Assembly: GCA_045047305.1 (NCBI GenBank)
Contig: JASFYO010000024.1
Span: forward strand, 1-39,387
Origin: Planctomycetota bacterium
GTDB lineage: Bacteria > Planctomycetota > UBA1135
Direction of reading: 5' to 3'
DNA length: 39,387 bases
In this document: in pieces, positions 9,601-19,225 of the stretch
Layout: the number at the start of each line of letters is the position of its first letter
Numbering within the stretch: position 1 is the first letter of the stretch
Made by a program: the position numbers and the translations under genes
The notes under the pieces: model-generated
Databases searched by the model: none
Seen by the model: only the letters and a program-made list of their open reading frames with translations
Told to the model about the DNA's origin: nothing

Positions 9601-10377
9601 TTAGTTGCGGCGCATCAGCAGCATCAGGATGTGCTGAAACATGATGACAAAGTCAATTAGCAGGGTCGCTGCGGCAGAAGCAGCCATGTTCTCGGGATAA
9701 CGGCGCAAGATGTTTTGCGTGTCGTAGAGCACAAAGCCGCCCATGAGAATCACGAAGCCCATCGAGTAACCCCAGTTGCTCACGCCACCGCCGATACCCA
9801 TCATGCCAAGAAGGCCGATGGCTAGGAGGCCGAAAAATCCCATCCAGAGTGCGCCGCGCATCCACGAGAAATCGCGCTTGGTGGTGAGCGCGTAAAAGCT
9901 GAGTCCACCAAACACCGCGCAGGTCAAAGCAAAGGCTTGGGTGACGATGCTGCCGGTGTCGTTAAGCGCCAGGGTGTGAATCTGCTCGCTGGTTAAAGCG
10001 TCGGAAGCAACTTGGCTGGCCGATGCGATGTAAATCAAAGGCGCAGTCAGGAATCCTTCTAGTACGCCAAAGGCTCCAAGGCCAAACATACTCATGGCGT
10101 TGCCGCGAGAAGCAGTCAGCCGTAGTAAGAAGAACATGGCGGCCATCAGTACGATGAAGCCCATGATGCCGAAGCTCATGATGCCAAACGCAACATTGAG
10201 TAGGCCTTCATTGGTCGCTACGAGATAACTCGTTCCCATCCAGACGGCCATCGCTCCGCCGAATAAGGCGTAAACTTTGCGCAAGAAGGTAATGCGGGAC
10301 AGTGGGTCCGCTTGGGCAACACTGCCGGTTAACGGAACCGAAATTCGGCCAAAAGCTCCAGGTGAGTTTGCACGCAT
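9601..10377 (-). CDS. Bax inhibitor-1/YccA family membrane protein
   Basis: RITFLRKVY, QAFALT..VFGGLS.YA.TTKRDFS and VLYDTQNI motifs; about 7 hydrophobic segments. Confidence 0.9.
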   Translation of the reverse strand: MRANSPGAFGRISVPLTGSVAQADPLSRITFLRKVYALFGGAMAVWMGTSYLVATNEGLLNVAFGIMSFGIMGFIVLMAAMFFLLRLTASRGNAMSMFGLGAFGVLEGFLTAPLIYIASASQVASDALTSEQIHTLALNDTGSIVTQAFALTCAVFGGLSFYALTTKRDFSWMRGALWMGFFGLLAIGLLGMMGIGGGVSNWGYSMGFVILMGGFVLYDTQNILRRYPENMAASAAATLLIDFVIMFQHILMLLMRRN

Positions 10378-10382
10378 GATTT

Positions 10383-12200
10383 CTATTCTATCGTTTCTGT
10401 GGTTTCAGCAATTGCGCAGCGTGGCCAACTCCAACGGAGGACCAGTGCGCCGACGGCCGCGATGAGGAAGGAGACAAGAGTTGTCGTTCCTAAAACCCAT
10501 GCTCCGATTCCGAACAAAAGCCCGTAAATCAGGGCGATGCCGCCTGCCCAGCCTACGAGGATGGGCAAGAGGCGTTTGCGACTTCCGTTTCCGAAAATAC
10601 CCCACGCGCCAGCCGGAAGCACCTGATCATGAAAAGCCTTCAGGTGTTCGCGCTCAACCGGTTTGGTTAAGAGCGTGACAGTGAGGCAAACGGCAATCGA
10701 AACCGCCACCACAAACAAGTAGGACAACGGATAAGGGATATCAATCAATTTCGATTCCGCGCCGAACATGTTGAGGTTTAATGCCACCGTCAGCATGGTA
10801 GAGGTGAGTAGGGCGGAAAGTTCAGTCCAAGCATTGGCGCGCCACCAGAACCAACGCATGAGCAGAGCCGGCCCGACACCGCCTAATAAGGAGAGTGAAA
10901 AAGTGAAGAGGTTGGCAATGCTGTCGGCGGACAGGGCAAACAGTCCGGCAAGGATGCCGATGGCGATTTCCGCGAAGCGCCCGACCCAAACATAGTGGGT
11001 TGGTTTGGCGTTGGGGCGAAGGAAGCGGCGGTAGAGGTCGTTGACTAGATAAGCGGAGCCAAGATTAAAGTGCGTGTCCAAGGTGCTCATGAAGGCGGCG
11101 AGAAAACTTGCGCACAATAAGCCAAACAGGCCAGGCCCAAGCAGCATCGCCATCATGCGTGGATAGGCTTCTTCGTAGTCCGGGACCCACTCACCGCTGG
11201 AGCTCAGAATCAGGCTGAGGTCACTGGTTTGAATGAGAATCATCGAAGCTAATCCCACAATAATCCACGGCCATGGGCGCAAACAATAGTGCGCTAGGTG
11301 GAACCAAAGCGCGGCTCCACGGGCATGGCCCTCGGTTTTACAGGCAGAATAACGCTGCACGCCGGCACCGCCGCCATCGGCATTTTTATTCAGCCATCCT
11401 TGCACTCCCGTAAAAATCAAAAAGGCGCCAAAACCTTGGGTCCACCACGCAACGGCGGTCCACGAAAAAGTAACCCCCGTTTTGGGGTCGATGGAACTTG
11501 GCAGCAGGTTTGTCGTCTGTGGGCCTAAATCGCGGAAAGCATCGCGTGCTGCAGTGAGGCCACCAAGGGCATCTACCGATTTATACGCAAGCAGGAGTGC
11601 GCCGAAAAGCGCGAGCGCGAACTGAAACAAGTCCGTCATCACCACGCCCCATAATCCGGAGAGGAAGGAGTAAGAAAGCGCGAGCAGGAGTGCGCCGCCC
11701 ACAATCCAGTGGTCGAGGCTGGAGTCATCGAGATCGAGGATGACACGTACTAATTTCAGCATCGCGAGTAGTACCCACGCGAGCACCATGGTGTTGGTCA
11801 CGAGTGCGTGATAGCCGCCGTAAAAACCGCGCAGGAACCGGGCCGCGGAGCCGGAGTAACGGCGTTCGATAATCTCGGCATCGGTGGTGACTTCCAGACG
11901 CCGCCACCATGCGGCAAGGCAAACAAAGGAAAGCGAACCGCCAACTGCAGCTCCCCACCAAATCCAGTTTTTGGAAATGCCCTCGCTGCGGACCCAGCCG
12001 CTAACCAGGAGCGGGGTGTCGGCCGCAAAGGAAGTTGCAACCAAAGAGGTACCGGCAACCCACCATGTAAGGCTACGGCCGGCTAAGTAGAAATCGCCGG
12101 TGGATTTTGACGCGCGTTTGGTGAGGTAGATACCCACACTCAACGCGAAAACCAGATATCCCCCGATGGCGAGCCAGTCGAGGAAATGGAATTGGGTCAC
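10383..12200 (-). CDS. Sodium:solute symporter (SSS) family transporter
   Basis: DFYLAGRSLTWWVAGTSLVATSFAADTP, GLWGVVMTDLFQ, LAAFMST and YLVNDLY motifs; many TM segments. Confidence 0.9.
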   Translation of the reverse strand: MTQFHFLDWLAIGGYLVFALSVGIYLTKRASKSTGDFYLAGRSLTWWVAGTSLVATSFAADTPLLVSGWVRSEGISKNWIWWGAAVGGSLSFVCLAAWWRRLEVTTDAEIIERRYSGSAARFLRGFYGGYHALVTNTMVLAWVLLAMLKLVRVILDLDDSSLDHWIVGGALLLALSYSFLSGLWGVVMTDLFQFALALFGALLLAYKSVDALGGLTAARDAFRDLGPQTTNLLPSSIDPKTGVTFSWTAVAWWTQGFGAFLIFTGVQGWLNKNADGGGAGVQRYSACKTEGHARGAALWFHLAHYCLRPWPWIIVGLASMILIQTSDLSLILSSSGEWVPDYEEAYPRMMAMLLGPGLFGLLCASFLAAFMSTLDTHFNLGSAYLVNDLYRRFLRPNAKPTHYVWVGRFAEIAIGILAGLFALSADSIANLFTFSLSLLGGVGPALLMRWFWWRANAWTELSALLTSTMLTVALNLNMFGAESKLIDIPYPLSYLFVVAVSIAVCLTVTLLTKPVEREHLKAFHDQVLPAGAWGIFGNGSRKRLLPILVGWAGGIALIYGLLFGIGAWVLGTTTLVSFLIAAVGALVLRWSWPRCAIAETTETIE

Positions 12201-12213
12201 GCGTGCGGAAGTG

Positions 12214-13587
12214 CTACTCGCCGGCAGTAATTAGCATGCCGAGCAAAGCTGGCGACACACCTGGGAGATACCAACCGCGCGCAGCCGCGGGGGCGAGTTG
12301 AGCAGCATCGGGGGCGCCAGCCATGTAAAGCGCAGGATGATGATGCTGGATGGCCTCGAGCCATGGGCCCGGAATGTTGGGTAAGCCGTGTCCTTCGCGT
12401 GCGCCACACAAGATGAGTAGTGGGCCTGGGAAGGACGTTGGTGGCGCGCTATCTGGGCTGAAAACCGGCATATCCCATTCATGCAGATACTTGAGCGCAT
12501 CAGGAGTCGAGGCGAGATTCAGGGCGCAAACTGGACGTATGTGGGTGCGTCCGGCGGCTCCACCTGGAAGCGGGCGCAGCAAAGTTTTAGCTCCACCGCC
12601 AAGCACCAAAGGCTTCGGCGGGGAAACCTCGGTATCTAAACTGAGGCGAATTAGCTTTTCTAGGCGGCCGACGGCCTGGAAGACGCGTTCTTCATCCAGG
12701 TCTCCGCGCTTGAGTGCATCGCGCAGGGTGATGGCAAGCGCAACTGGATCTGCTGGGTCTAGTAACAAGTCCACACCTGCGTGAACCGACTCCACCGCAA
12801 GCTCTTCACTTGGACCATCACCGAAGCCAACCATCTGCAAGGAATCGGTGACCACCACGCCATCGTAATTCCAATCCTTGCGCAGAATGTCCATCATCAC
12901 CTGAGAGCGACTGGCCGGACGTCCTTCTGGATCGATCAATGGGAACTCGATATGACCCACCATAATCGAAGGGCACAAACCGAGCAGCGCCTTGAATGGC
13001 TCTAAGTGTGGTTCTGGATCTTCAAAGCAAATCGCCATTTCGGTGTGGCTGTCCTGCGCGACACCGCCGTGCCCCGGGAAGTGCTTGGCGCATGCGAGTC
13101 CGCCGGCATCTTTCAGGCCCTGCAAGAACGCGCCAGCACATTCAATCACGCGCTGGATTTCACCGCCAAAGGCGCGGTTGGCGATGATCGGGGAACGCGT
13201 TGCATCCAGGGAGGTGCGGTGAAGGTCGAGTACAGGACCTAAAATCCAGCGCACATTGGCGGATGCGGCCTCGGATGCCGTGCGATGCCCCGCGTTGTAG
13301 GAGGCTTCGGTGCCGAGCAATCCGAGCGCCCATGCATCTGGCAGTGGAGTTAGCCCTTCAAACTGTTGTCCGGCTCCACGCTCCAAATCAGCGCAAAACA
13401 AAATCGGGTGGCCAGCCTGATCTTCCATGGTTTCGTGCAGCCATTGCACGTCTTCCGCGTCGCCGCCGAAGATCATGAAAACTCGGGGGTCGAACTCGCG
13501 TAGGCAGCGCAGGGCCTCAGCAAGGCCTTCACCCTTGTCGAGGCGCAGGGTGGGGGCTACGAGGTAATCGGTTGGTGAATGACTCAC
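12214..13587 (-). CDS. nagZ: GH3 beta-N-acetylhexosaminidase (NagZ-type), no signal peptide
   Basis: KHFPGHGGVAQDSH matches the NagZ signature KH(F/I)PG(H/L)GxxxxD(S/T)H; also ADLERG and nucleophile region VVTDSL. Confidence 0.8.
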   Translation of the reverse strand: MSHSPTDYLVAPTLRLDKGEGLAEALRCLREFDPRVFMIFGGDAEDVQWLHETMEDQAGHPILFCADLERGAGQQFEGLTPLPDAWALGLLGTEASYNAGHRTASEAASANVRWILGPVLDLHRTSLDATRSPIIANRAFGGEIQRVIECAGAFLQGLKDAGGLACAKHFPGHGGVAQDSHTEMAICFEDPEPHLEPFKALLGLCPSIMVGHIEFPLIDPEGRPASRSQVMMDILRKDWNYDGVVVTDSLQMVGFGDGPSEELAVESVHAGVDLLLDPADPVALAITLRDALKRGDLDEERVFQAVGRLEKLIRLSLDTEVSPPKPLVLGGGAKTLLRPLPGGAAGRTHIRPVCALNLASTPDALKYLHEWDMPVFSPDSAPPTSFPGPLLILCGAREGHGLPNIPGPWLEAIQHHHPALYMAGAPDAAQLAPAAARGWYLPGVSPALLGMLITAGE

Positions 13588-13650
13588 AACGCATTAGGGT
13601 AGTGGCGGCCTTCGGTGGCGTCGAGTGGGAGGGCGTAGAATCCCCATTTC

Positions 13651-14526
13651 ATGGCCAAAGCTCTCCTCCTTGTTCACGGTGGCGCCGGTAATTTGCCGGA
13701 AGCTTCCCGCCCCGCCCATGCTGCTGGATGCTTGCGGGCTGCTGAGGCTGGCGGCGCAGTACTAGAAGCTGGCGGCACCGTGGTGGAAGCGGCTTGTGCT
13801 GCGGTGGTGGAACTGGAAAATAATCCGATCTATAACGCGGGGGTGGGCTGCGCACTGACTAGTAGTGGCCGTGTTTCTTTAGATTCGGCGGTCATGGATG
13901 GCAAAACTCGTAATGCAGCTGGTCTGGCCGCGCTCGACGCCTTCCCCAACCCCGTGCGCATTGCGCAGCGTATGTTGGAGGAGCCAGAGGTTTTGCTGGT
14001 GGGTCAGCCGGCTTCCGATTGGGCTGAGCGTCACGGTTTCCGTCGTCTTCCAGAAGATGAGTTAACCACTGAATCGGCCCGCATCCAATGGCATAAGGTC
14101 GTCGATGAAGGCGCAGACCCCAATTTCGCTGGTGGCACGGTGGGCTGTGTTGCCCGTGATGCCGATGGCAACCTAGCAGCGGCAACCAGCACTGGCGGCA
14201 CCATGGGTAAGAAGCCCGGTCGGGTTGGCGATTCTCCCCTGATTGGTGCCGGCACCTACGCCGATGACATCTGCGCCCTCAGTGCAACGGGTCATGGAGA
14301 AGCATTTATGCGCGCTGTTTTTGGCGCCCGGGTTGCCGATGCCGTGCGCTACGGTGAGGATCCGCAAGCAGCTCTGCAGCGTATGTTGAAGCGCACGCGT
14401 GATTTTTTCGGCGGTTACGGTGGAGCGATTTTGCTCACCAAAGAAAGTGACCCGCAGTACTTTTGGACGACTGTCGGAATGTCGCATGCCTGGTGGTCGC
14501 CCGACGGCACTGGGAGCGGTATTTGA
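13651..14526 (+). CDS. iaaA: Isoaspartyl peptidase/L-asparaginase (Ntn-hydrolase, type 2 asparaginase)
   Basis: LVHGGAG, LENNPIYNAGVG, autocleavage site G/TVGCVA, AAATSTGG, GRVGDSPLIGAG, SATGHGE. Confidence 0.92.
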   Translation: MAKALLLVHGGAGNLPEASRPAHAAGCLRAAEAGGAVLEAGGTVVEAACAAVVELENNPIYNAGVGCALTSSGRVSLDSAVMDGKTRNAAGLAALDAFPNPVRIAQRMLEEPEVLLVGQPASDWAERHGFRRLPEDELTTESARIQWHKVVDEGADPNFAGGTVGCVARDADGNLAAATSTGGTMGKKPGRVGDSPLIGAGTYADDICALSATGHGEAFMRAVFGARVADAVRYGEDPQAALQRMLKRTRDFFGGYGGAILLTKESDPQYFWTTVGMSHAWWSPDGTGSGI

Positions 14527-15377
14527 GTTCTGAAAAAAAGGTTTCGCCCGGCACGTGGTGGATGATTGCGGCGGCGAGCTCTTTTGTGTTGATGGCTGCG
14601 TCGGCCAAAATGATGCCGGCACTTTCTTCTTTAGAGATGGTGTTTGGGCGCAGCATTTTATCGGTGGGCATCACTGCGTGGATGATGCGCGGTGCAGGGG
14701 CTGCAGTAAAACCCAAGCGCATTGGCCTTTTGTGTTTGCGCTCGGTGTTCGGCTTGGCCGGATTGATCTGTTATCTAGAGGCGATTGAACGCATTCCACT
14801 GGGAACCGCGGTCACCGTCTATAACCTGACACCCATTTTCGCAGCCATCGTCGGCCTTCTGTTTTTGGGAGAGAAGATCTCGAAACGCCAAGCCGTTTCC
14901 ATTTTGATTGGCATCGGTGGGGTGGCTTTGATCAAAGGATTTTCCGCCGATGTGACCTGGCCTGGCGTTATCTTTGCGTTGGGCACGGCCTTTTTCTCAG
15001 CGATTGCGTACAGCTTCGTGCGGGTGCTGAACAAGACCGAGCATCCACTCACTATCGTGATGGCGTTTCCATTGGTGTCCCTTCCGTTGACCCTCATGTT
15101 CGGGGGTTGGAACTTCCGCATGCCGGTTGGCATGGAGTGGTTTTGGCTTGTGGCTCTTGGAGTAGCAACTCAGAGCGGCCAGGTTTGCCTCACTCACGCT
15201 TTGCGCTATCACACGGCTTCTCGCGCGACTCAAATTGGATTCATCGGCGTGGTCTTTGCCATGCTACTTGGCATCCTTCTTGGAGATGGGGTCCCCGGCT
15301 TAGCCCAGATTGGCGGTGCCGCTTTGGTCTTCTGTAGCCTGGTCTGGGGCAAGAAATCGGCGGTAAAGCCAAGCTAA
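14523..15377 (+). CDS. DMT/EamA family transporter
   Basis: About 10 TM segments in two repeats; LRSVFG and PIFAAIVGLLFLGEKI. Likely TTG start at 14523 overlaps the iaaA stop (TTGA). Confidence 0.85.
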   Translation: MSSEKKVSPGTWWMIAAASSFVLMAASAKMMPALSSLEMVFGRSILSVGITAWMMRGAGAAVKPKRIGLLCLRSVFGLAGLICYLEAIERIPLGTAVTVYNLTPIFAAIVGLLFLGEKISKRQAVSILIGIGGVALIKGFSADVTWPGVIFALGTAFFSAIAYSFVRVLNKTEHPLTIVMAFPLVSLPLTLMFGGWNFRMPVGMEWFWLVALGVATQSGQVCLTHALRYHTASRATQIGFIGVVFAMLLGILLGDGVPGLAQIGGAALVFCSLVWGKKSAVKPS

Positions 15378-15391
15378 CCTAAGAGCAAGCC

Positions 15392-16471
15392 TTAAAAGTC
15401 CGTGTCATCAGCGGCATCAAGCTGATCCTTCGTTTCGTGAAGGAACTTGTCTGCGATGGCAAGCATAGCAGTCAAGTCTATGGCGCGAACATCGGGGCGG
15501 CCGAGTGCGCGGTCTAGGTCCGCAATGGACCATTCCAAATCAGAAGACTCCAGGGTGAGATGGATTTTCGTCATAGGCGCACGGGTGAGTGCAGCCCCGG
15601 GCGGATAGGTGGCATCGAAATTCAAGCCAATTAGGACTCCGGTACGGGCCTCAAATACAGCATCGACCAGCGCGGTGTTTGCCCAAACCGTAAGCAGCGC
15701 TTTTTCTGGCGCATCGAGCAACAGTTGAAAGGCTGAATAAAGCGGAGAGTCTTCACTGAGATCCAGGCCCAACTTGCAGTAGATGCGGTTGTCCGCGAAA
15801 CGTAGAGAGTGACAGGCTAAAGCCGTGTGGGTGAGATCGAGAAAATACTGTGGATGAAAGGCATGCACAGGAGATTCCAGGTTGGAGCGAAAAAACGCAG
15901 AGCTCGAAATCCCATAGCCATTGAGGTTATCCAAAAACTTCGGCATCAAGCTCATGATGGATGCATAGGTGGATTCAAAGGCGGATTGCTGAAACTGTAC
16001 GGCATAGGTTTTGTCGGGGTCTACACCCGGAACCCCGTTAGCCGTGCCCCAACTGCGCAGATAAAACCCATCGCATAGCATGGTACCGGTGAGATCCCAA
16101 TCGGATTTGGAATCTGGTAAGCTAAGAACTAGGAAGGCGTCGAGCCGGGAACGGTTGGTATCGATGCCTTGATAATGGAAGTTGCCGACGGCTTTTCCAT
16201 GGGTCACTTCCTTTGTTTCTGGGTTTTGGCGTTCGAAGTTTGCGTCGAGTGAATATTGAATCGAAAGAGGCAGGGTGACTTCTGTTGCGAGGGCGTCGCG
16301 CCACTGCTGGAAAGCTTCAAGGGCCTCCGGTCCGCTGACGGTTAAGCCACCGCGTAAGGACTGCGGAACGATGGCATCGTAGAGCTTGGCTTTGGGAGTG
16401 CCACCATTGCATGCGCCCAATGTGAGGCATCCAAGTAAGGCCAATAAAGGTGCGGGGGAGAGTCGGCCCAT
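15392..16471 (-). CDS. Hypothetical lipoprotein
   Basis: Start moved to ATG 16471: MGRLSPAPLLALLGCLTLGA-C with lipobox LGAC. No family recognised. Confidence 0.6.
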   Translation of the reverse strand: MGRLSPAPLLALLGCLTLGACNGGTPKAKLYDAIVPQSLRGGLTVSGPEALEAFQQWRDALATEVTLPLSIQYSLDANFERQNPETKEVTHGKAVGNFHYQGIDTNRSRLDAFLVLSLPDSKSDWDLTGTMLCDGFYLRSWGTANGVPGVDPDKTYAVQFQQSAFESTYASIMSLMPKFLDNLNGYGISSSAFFRSNLESPVHAFHPQYFLDLTHTALACHSLRFADNRIYCKLGLDLSEDSPLYSAFQLLLDAPEKALLTVWANTALVDAVFEARTGVLIGLNFDATYPPGAALTRAPMTKIHLTLESSDLEWSIADLDRALGRPDVRAIDLTAMLAIADKFLHETKDQLDAADDTDF

Positions 16472-16526
16472 GAAGAGGAGTATCCCAGATAGGGAGCACC
16501 TTGCAAATCCAGTACGATTCGGAGTG

Positions 16527-17990
16527 ATGATACGCCTCACTGCTCTACTTTGTCTGAGTTCGCTATTTCTGGCCTGTACCAAGGCCGAGGGGGAAGCGGA
16601 TCTTGTTGCTCCTGCAGCAACCCATGCCACAGCTATGCAAAATGACGATGGCCTACCTCCAGATATCATCCTTATTTTGGCCGACGACCTTGGTTATGGC
16701 GATTGGGCTCCAACTGGCGGCCCGATGCGCACCCCATATCTCACCCAGCTCTGTGCCGATGGCGTGCGTTTGGATCAATATCGCACTTATCCTATTTGCA
16801 CTCCGACTCGCACCGCCTTGATGGGGGGCATGGCGCCAATTCGATACGGCATGGCCTTTTCCCCGCTGCGTAACTGGGAACAGCGTTCCTTTCCTCGTGA
16901 TCTTCCAACCTTAGCGGAACGCCTCCACGACACGGATTATCAAACCGCCATTGTGGGCAAGTGGCATTTAGGTCTTGCGGAAAAGTGGATGCTTCCCAAC
17001 CAGCGCGGATTTGATCATTTTTATGGCTTCCTCACCGGCTCCATCAATTATGCCAGTCACACCAACGGACATTCCGGATTAGATTGGCAGCGTAATGGTG
17101 TCTCCGTGGATGAAGAAGGTTATTCGACAACCTTGTTTGGAGAAGAAGCAGCACGTTGGATTGGCGAACAGAGTGTTGAAAAACCATTGTTCCTTTATCT
17201 TCCATTTAACGCTCCGCACACACCGGTGATTGCTCCCGTGGAATTTACCAAGCGCTACAAAGAGGAGGTTCCAGATTTAGCCCGGCGCAAATTCTGCGGT
17301 ATGGTCGACGCTATGGACGATGCAATCGGTACCGTTTTAGCTGCAGTGGAAAAGCGCGGGCGTAGCAACAACACCTTGGTCATTTTCCTTTCGGATAATG
17401 GTGCTTCTTTGAAGGCGAAAGGCTCTAACGGGAATCTGCGCGGCTCCAAAGGGGGCACGTATGAGGGAGGAATCCGAGTTCCAGCTGTGGTGCGCTGGCC
17501 CGCCCAATTTCCAGCAGGCGCGGTAAGTCATGATCTGGTCGACGTCTTGGATTGGGTGCCTACCATCCTGCAAGCCGCTGCAGTGGAAGACTTAAGTTCC
17601 TTCGACGGGCGCTCCGTAATTTCTGCGTTGAGTCATCCGATTACGGATACTGGAGAAACGACTGCCCGCAACGACTTGTTCTATGTGGCCTCGACGCAAA
17701 AGCACATCAGTTACAGCGTGGTGCGTTGGCCGTGGAAGTGTGTACGTCGTGTGCGCAAGGTCAATCAAGGCTTGAGTGTGCAACTATTCCGTTTGGACAC
17801 GGATCCACAGGAGGCGGTGGATGTCAAAGTGGAAAACCCGGAGATTTTGGCGGATCTTACTACGGCCATAGATGTCTGGTTTGCCCAAATGGCGCCCGAT
17901 GAAGACATGTTAGCCCCAAGCGAGTGTATTGAAAAAGCGGCCCCATCCACTTGGAAGGAGCCGCAAGATTGGGCGACGTTTTCGCGCTAA
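16527..17990 (+). CDS. Arylsulfatase (formylglycine-dependent S1 family, Cys-type), predicted lipoprotein
   Basis: ILILADDLGYGD, CTPTR (CxPxR), GKWHLG, PFNAPH, FLSDNG and KGGTYEGGIRVP; lipobox-like LFLAC after the start at 16527. Confidence 0.92.
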   Translation: MIRLTALLCLSSLFLACTKAEGEADLVAPAATHATAMQNDDGLPPDIILILADDLGYGDWAPTGGPMRTPYLTQLCADGVRLDQYRTYPICTPTRTALMGGMAPIRYGMAFSPLRNWEQRSFPRDLPTLAERLHDTDYQTAIVGKWHLGLAEKWMLPNQRGFDHFYGFLTGSINYASHTNGHSGLDWQRNGVSVDEEGYSTTLFGEEAARWIGEQSVEKPLFLYLPFNAPHTPVIAPVEFTKRYKEEVPDLARRKFCGMVDAMDDAIGTVLAAVEKRGRSNNTLVIFLSDNGASLKAKGSNGNLRGSKGGTYEGGIRVPAVVRWPAQFPAGAVSHDLVDVLDWVPTILQAAAVEDLSSFDGRSVISALSHPITDTGETTARNDLFYVASTQKHISYSVVRWPWKCVRRVRKVNQGLSVQLFRLDTDPQEAVDVKVENPEILADLTTAIDVWFAQMAPDEDMLAPSECIEKAAPSTWKEPQDWATFSR

Positions 17991-18007
17991 GCCTTAGCTT
18001 GCCTCTC

Positions 18008-19201
18008 TCAATCCTTGAGGAACAAGTAGTACATTCGCCCGCGACTGCTGACGTGACCGGCACGCGCCATCGCGTTATCGCCGAGGCCCATGTAAACGTC
18101 GCAACGCCCGGCGGAGCGGATGGCGCCACCGCGGTCTTGGTCTAAGGCGAAGAAACGTACTGGGCGTTGGACCAGTTTCCCCTCGGGATCGAAGTCGGGC
18201 AGACGTACTTCCACATAAACCAATGCGGCACGTGGGAAGACATCTTTGTCAGTGGCGATGGAGTGCATCGCGGTGACGGGTTGGCCGAGACATCCGTATG
18301 GTCCGCCTGCGCTTTCACGGAAGAATACGAAACTTGGGTTTTGCGGAAGTACGCGTTCGGCTTCGCTTGGATGGTCGGCGAAGTATTCACGCAACTTTTG
18401 CAAGGACAACTCCGAGCGTTCGATTTTCCCTTCGTCGATTAAGATGCTGCCAACACTGACATATTCATGGCCGTTTTTGCCGTCGTAGCCGACTTCGAAT
18501 AGGGTGCCGTCGGCGAAACGAATCACTGCGCTTCCTTGGACTTGCGCAATGTAGGCATCGAAGGGATTGGTGAGCCAAACTAGTTCCTTGCCATCGAGGT
18601 GATGGTTATCGCGTAATTCAGCGGCGGTGTAATAAGGAACCATGCCGCCATCGGAAGTCATGCGACCGAGGATGGTGCCGTCGTCCGCTTTGGCTAAATC
18701 CTCCGGCTTGGTGTAAAGCGGAAACTGGTACTCGTCGCCTTGTTGCATTGCGCCATCTAAAATTGGCGTGCCATAGCCGGTAAAGAAGACATCTCCGGTT
18801 GCGCTGCGGCCGCGCGCAACCCAAACTTCAAAGTCGGCGTTTAAGCGCTGCAAAAAATCTTCGGAGGACTCGCTTTCTTCCAAAATTGTGGCGAAGGCTT
18901 CGACCGAACGCACCATGCGCTCGTGTGTAATTGCGTCCCCAGGACCGACTGGGAAATAGCCCTGGGAGCTTGGCTTACTCAGATAGTTCAAACTATTGCG
19001 CGACGCCTCCAGCAACTCTTCACGGCGTTGCCATCCGATGGAAAAATCGGGCCAAGGCTCACCGTAAGGCAAGCGTTCGATTCCATATTCGCCGTCGGCC
19101 AGTTGATAGTCGTAAGGGCTGATGGGCTCCACTTTCGCCATGGGCTGTTGGCAGGAAGTGGCGGCCAGCAAAGGTGCAAGAACAAGGAGTCGGCGCGGCA
19201 T
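18008..19201 (-). CDS. mltA: Membrane-bound lytic murein transglycosylase A (MltA plus 3D domain), lipoprotein
   Basis: FTGYGTP, QVQGS, YDGKNGHEYVSVG, NPSFVFF, SIATD and DQDRGGAIRSAGRCDVYMG. Start moved to 19201 (MPRRLLVLAPLLAATS-C). Confidence 0.88.
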   Translation of the reverse strand: MPRRLLVLAPLLAATSCQQPMAKVEPISPYDYQLADGEYGIERLPYGEPWPDFSIGWQRREELLEASRNSLNYLSKPSSQGYFPVGPGDAITHERMVRSVEAFATILEESESSEDFLQRLNADFEVWVARGRSATGDVFFTGYGTPILDGAMQQGDEYQFPLYTKPEDLAKADDGTILGRMTSDGGMVPYYTAAELRDNHHLDGKELVWLTNPFDAYIAQVQGSAVIRFADGTLFEVGYDGKNGHEYVSVGSILIDEGKIERSELSLQKLREYFADHPSEAERVLPQNPSFVFFRESAGGPYGCLGQPVTAMHSIATDKDVFPRAALVYVEVRLPDFDPEGKLVQRPVRFFALDQDRGGAIRSAGRCDVYMGLGDNAMARAGHVSSRGRMYYLFLKD

Positions 19202-19225
19202 GGCTACAGCGTATCCTGTGGGTCC

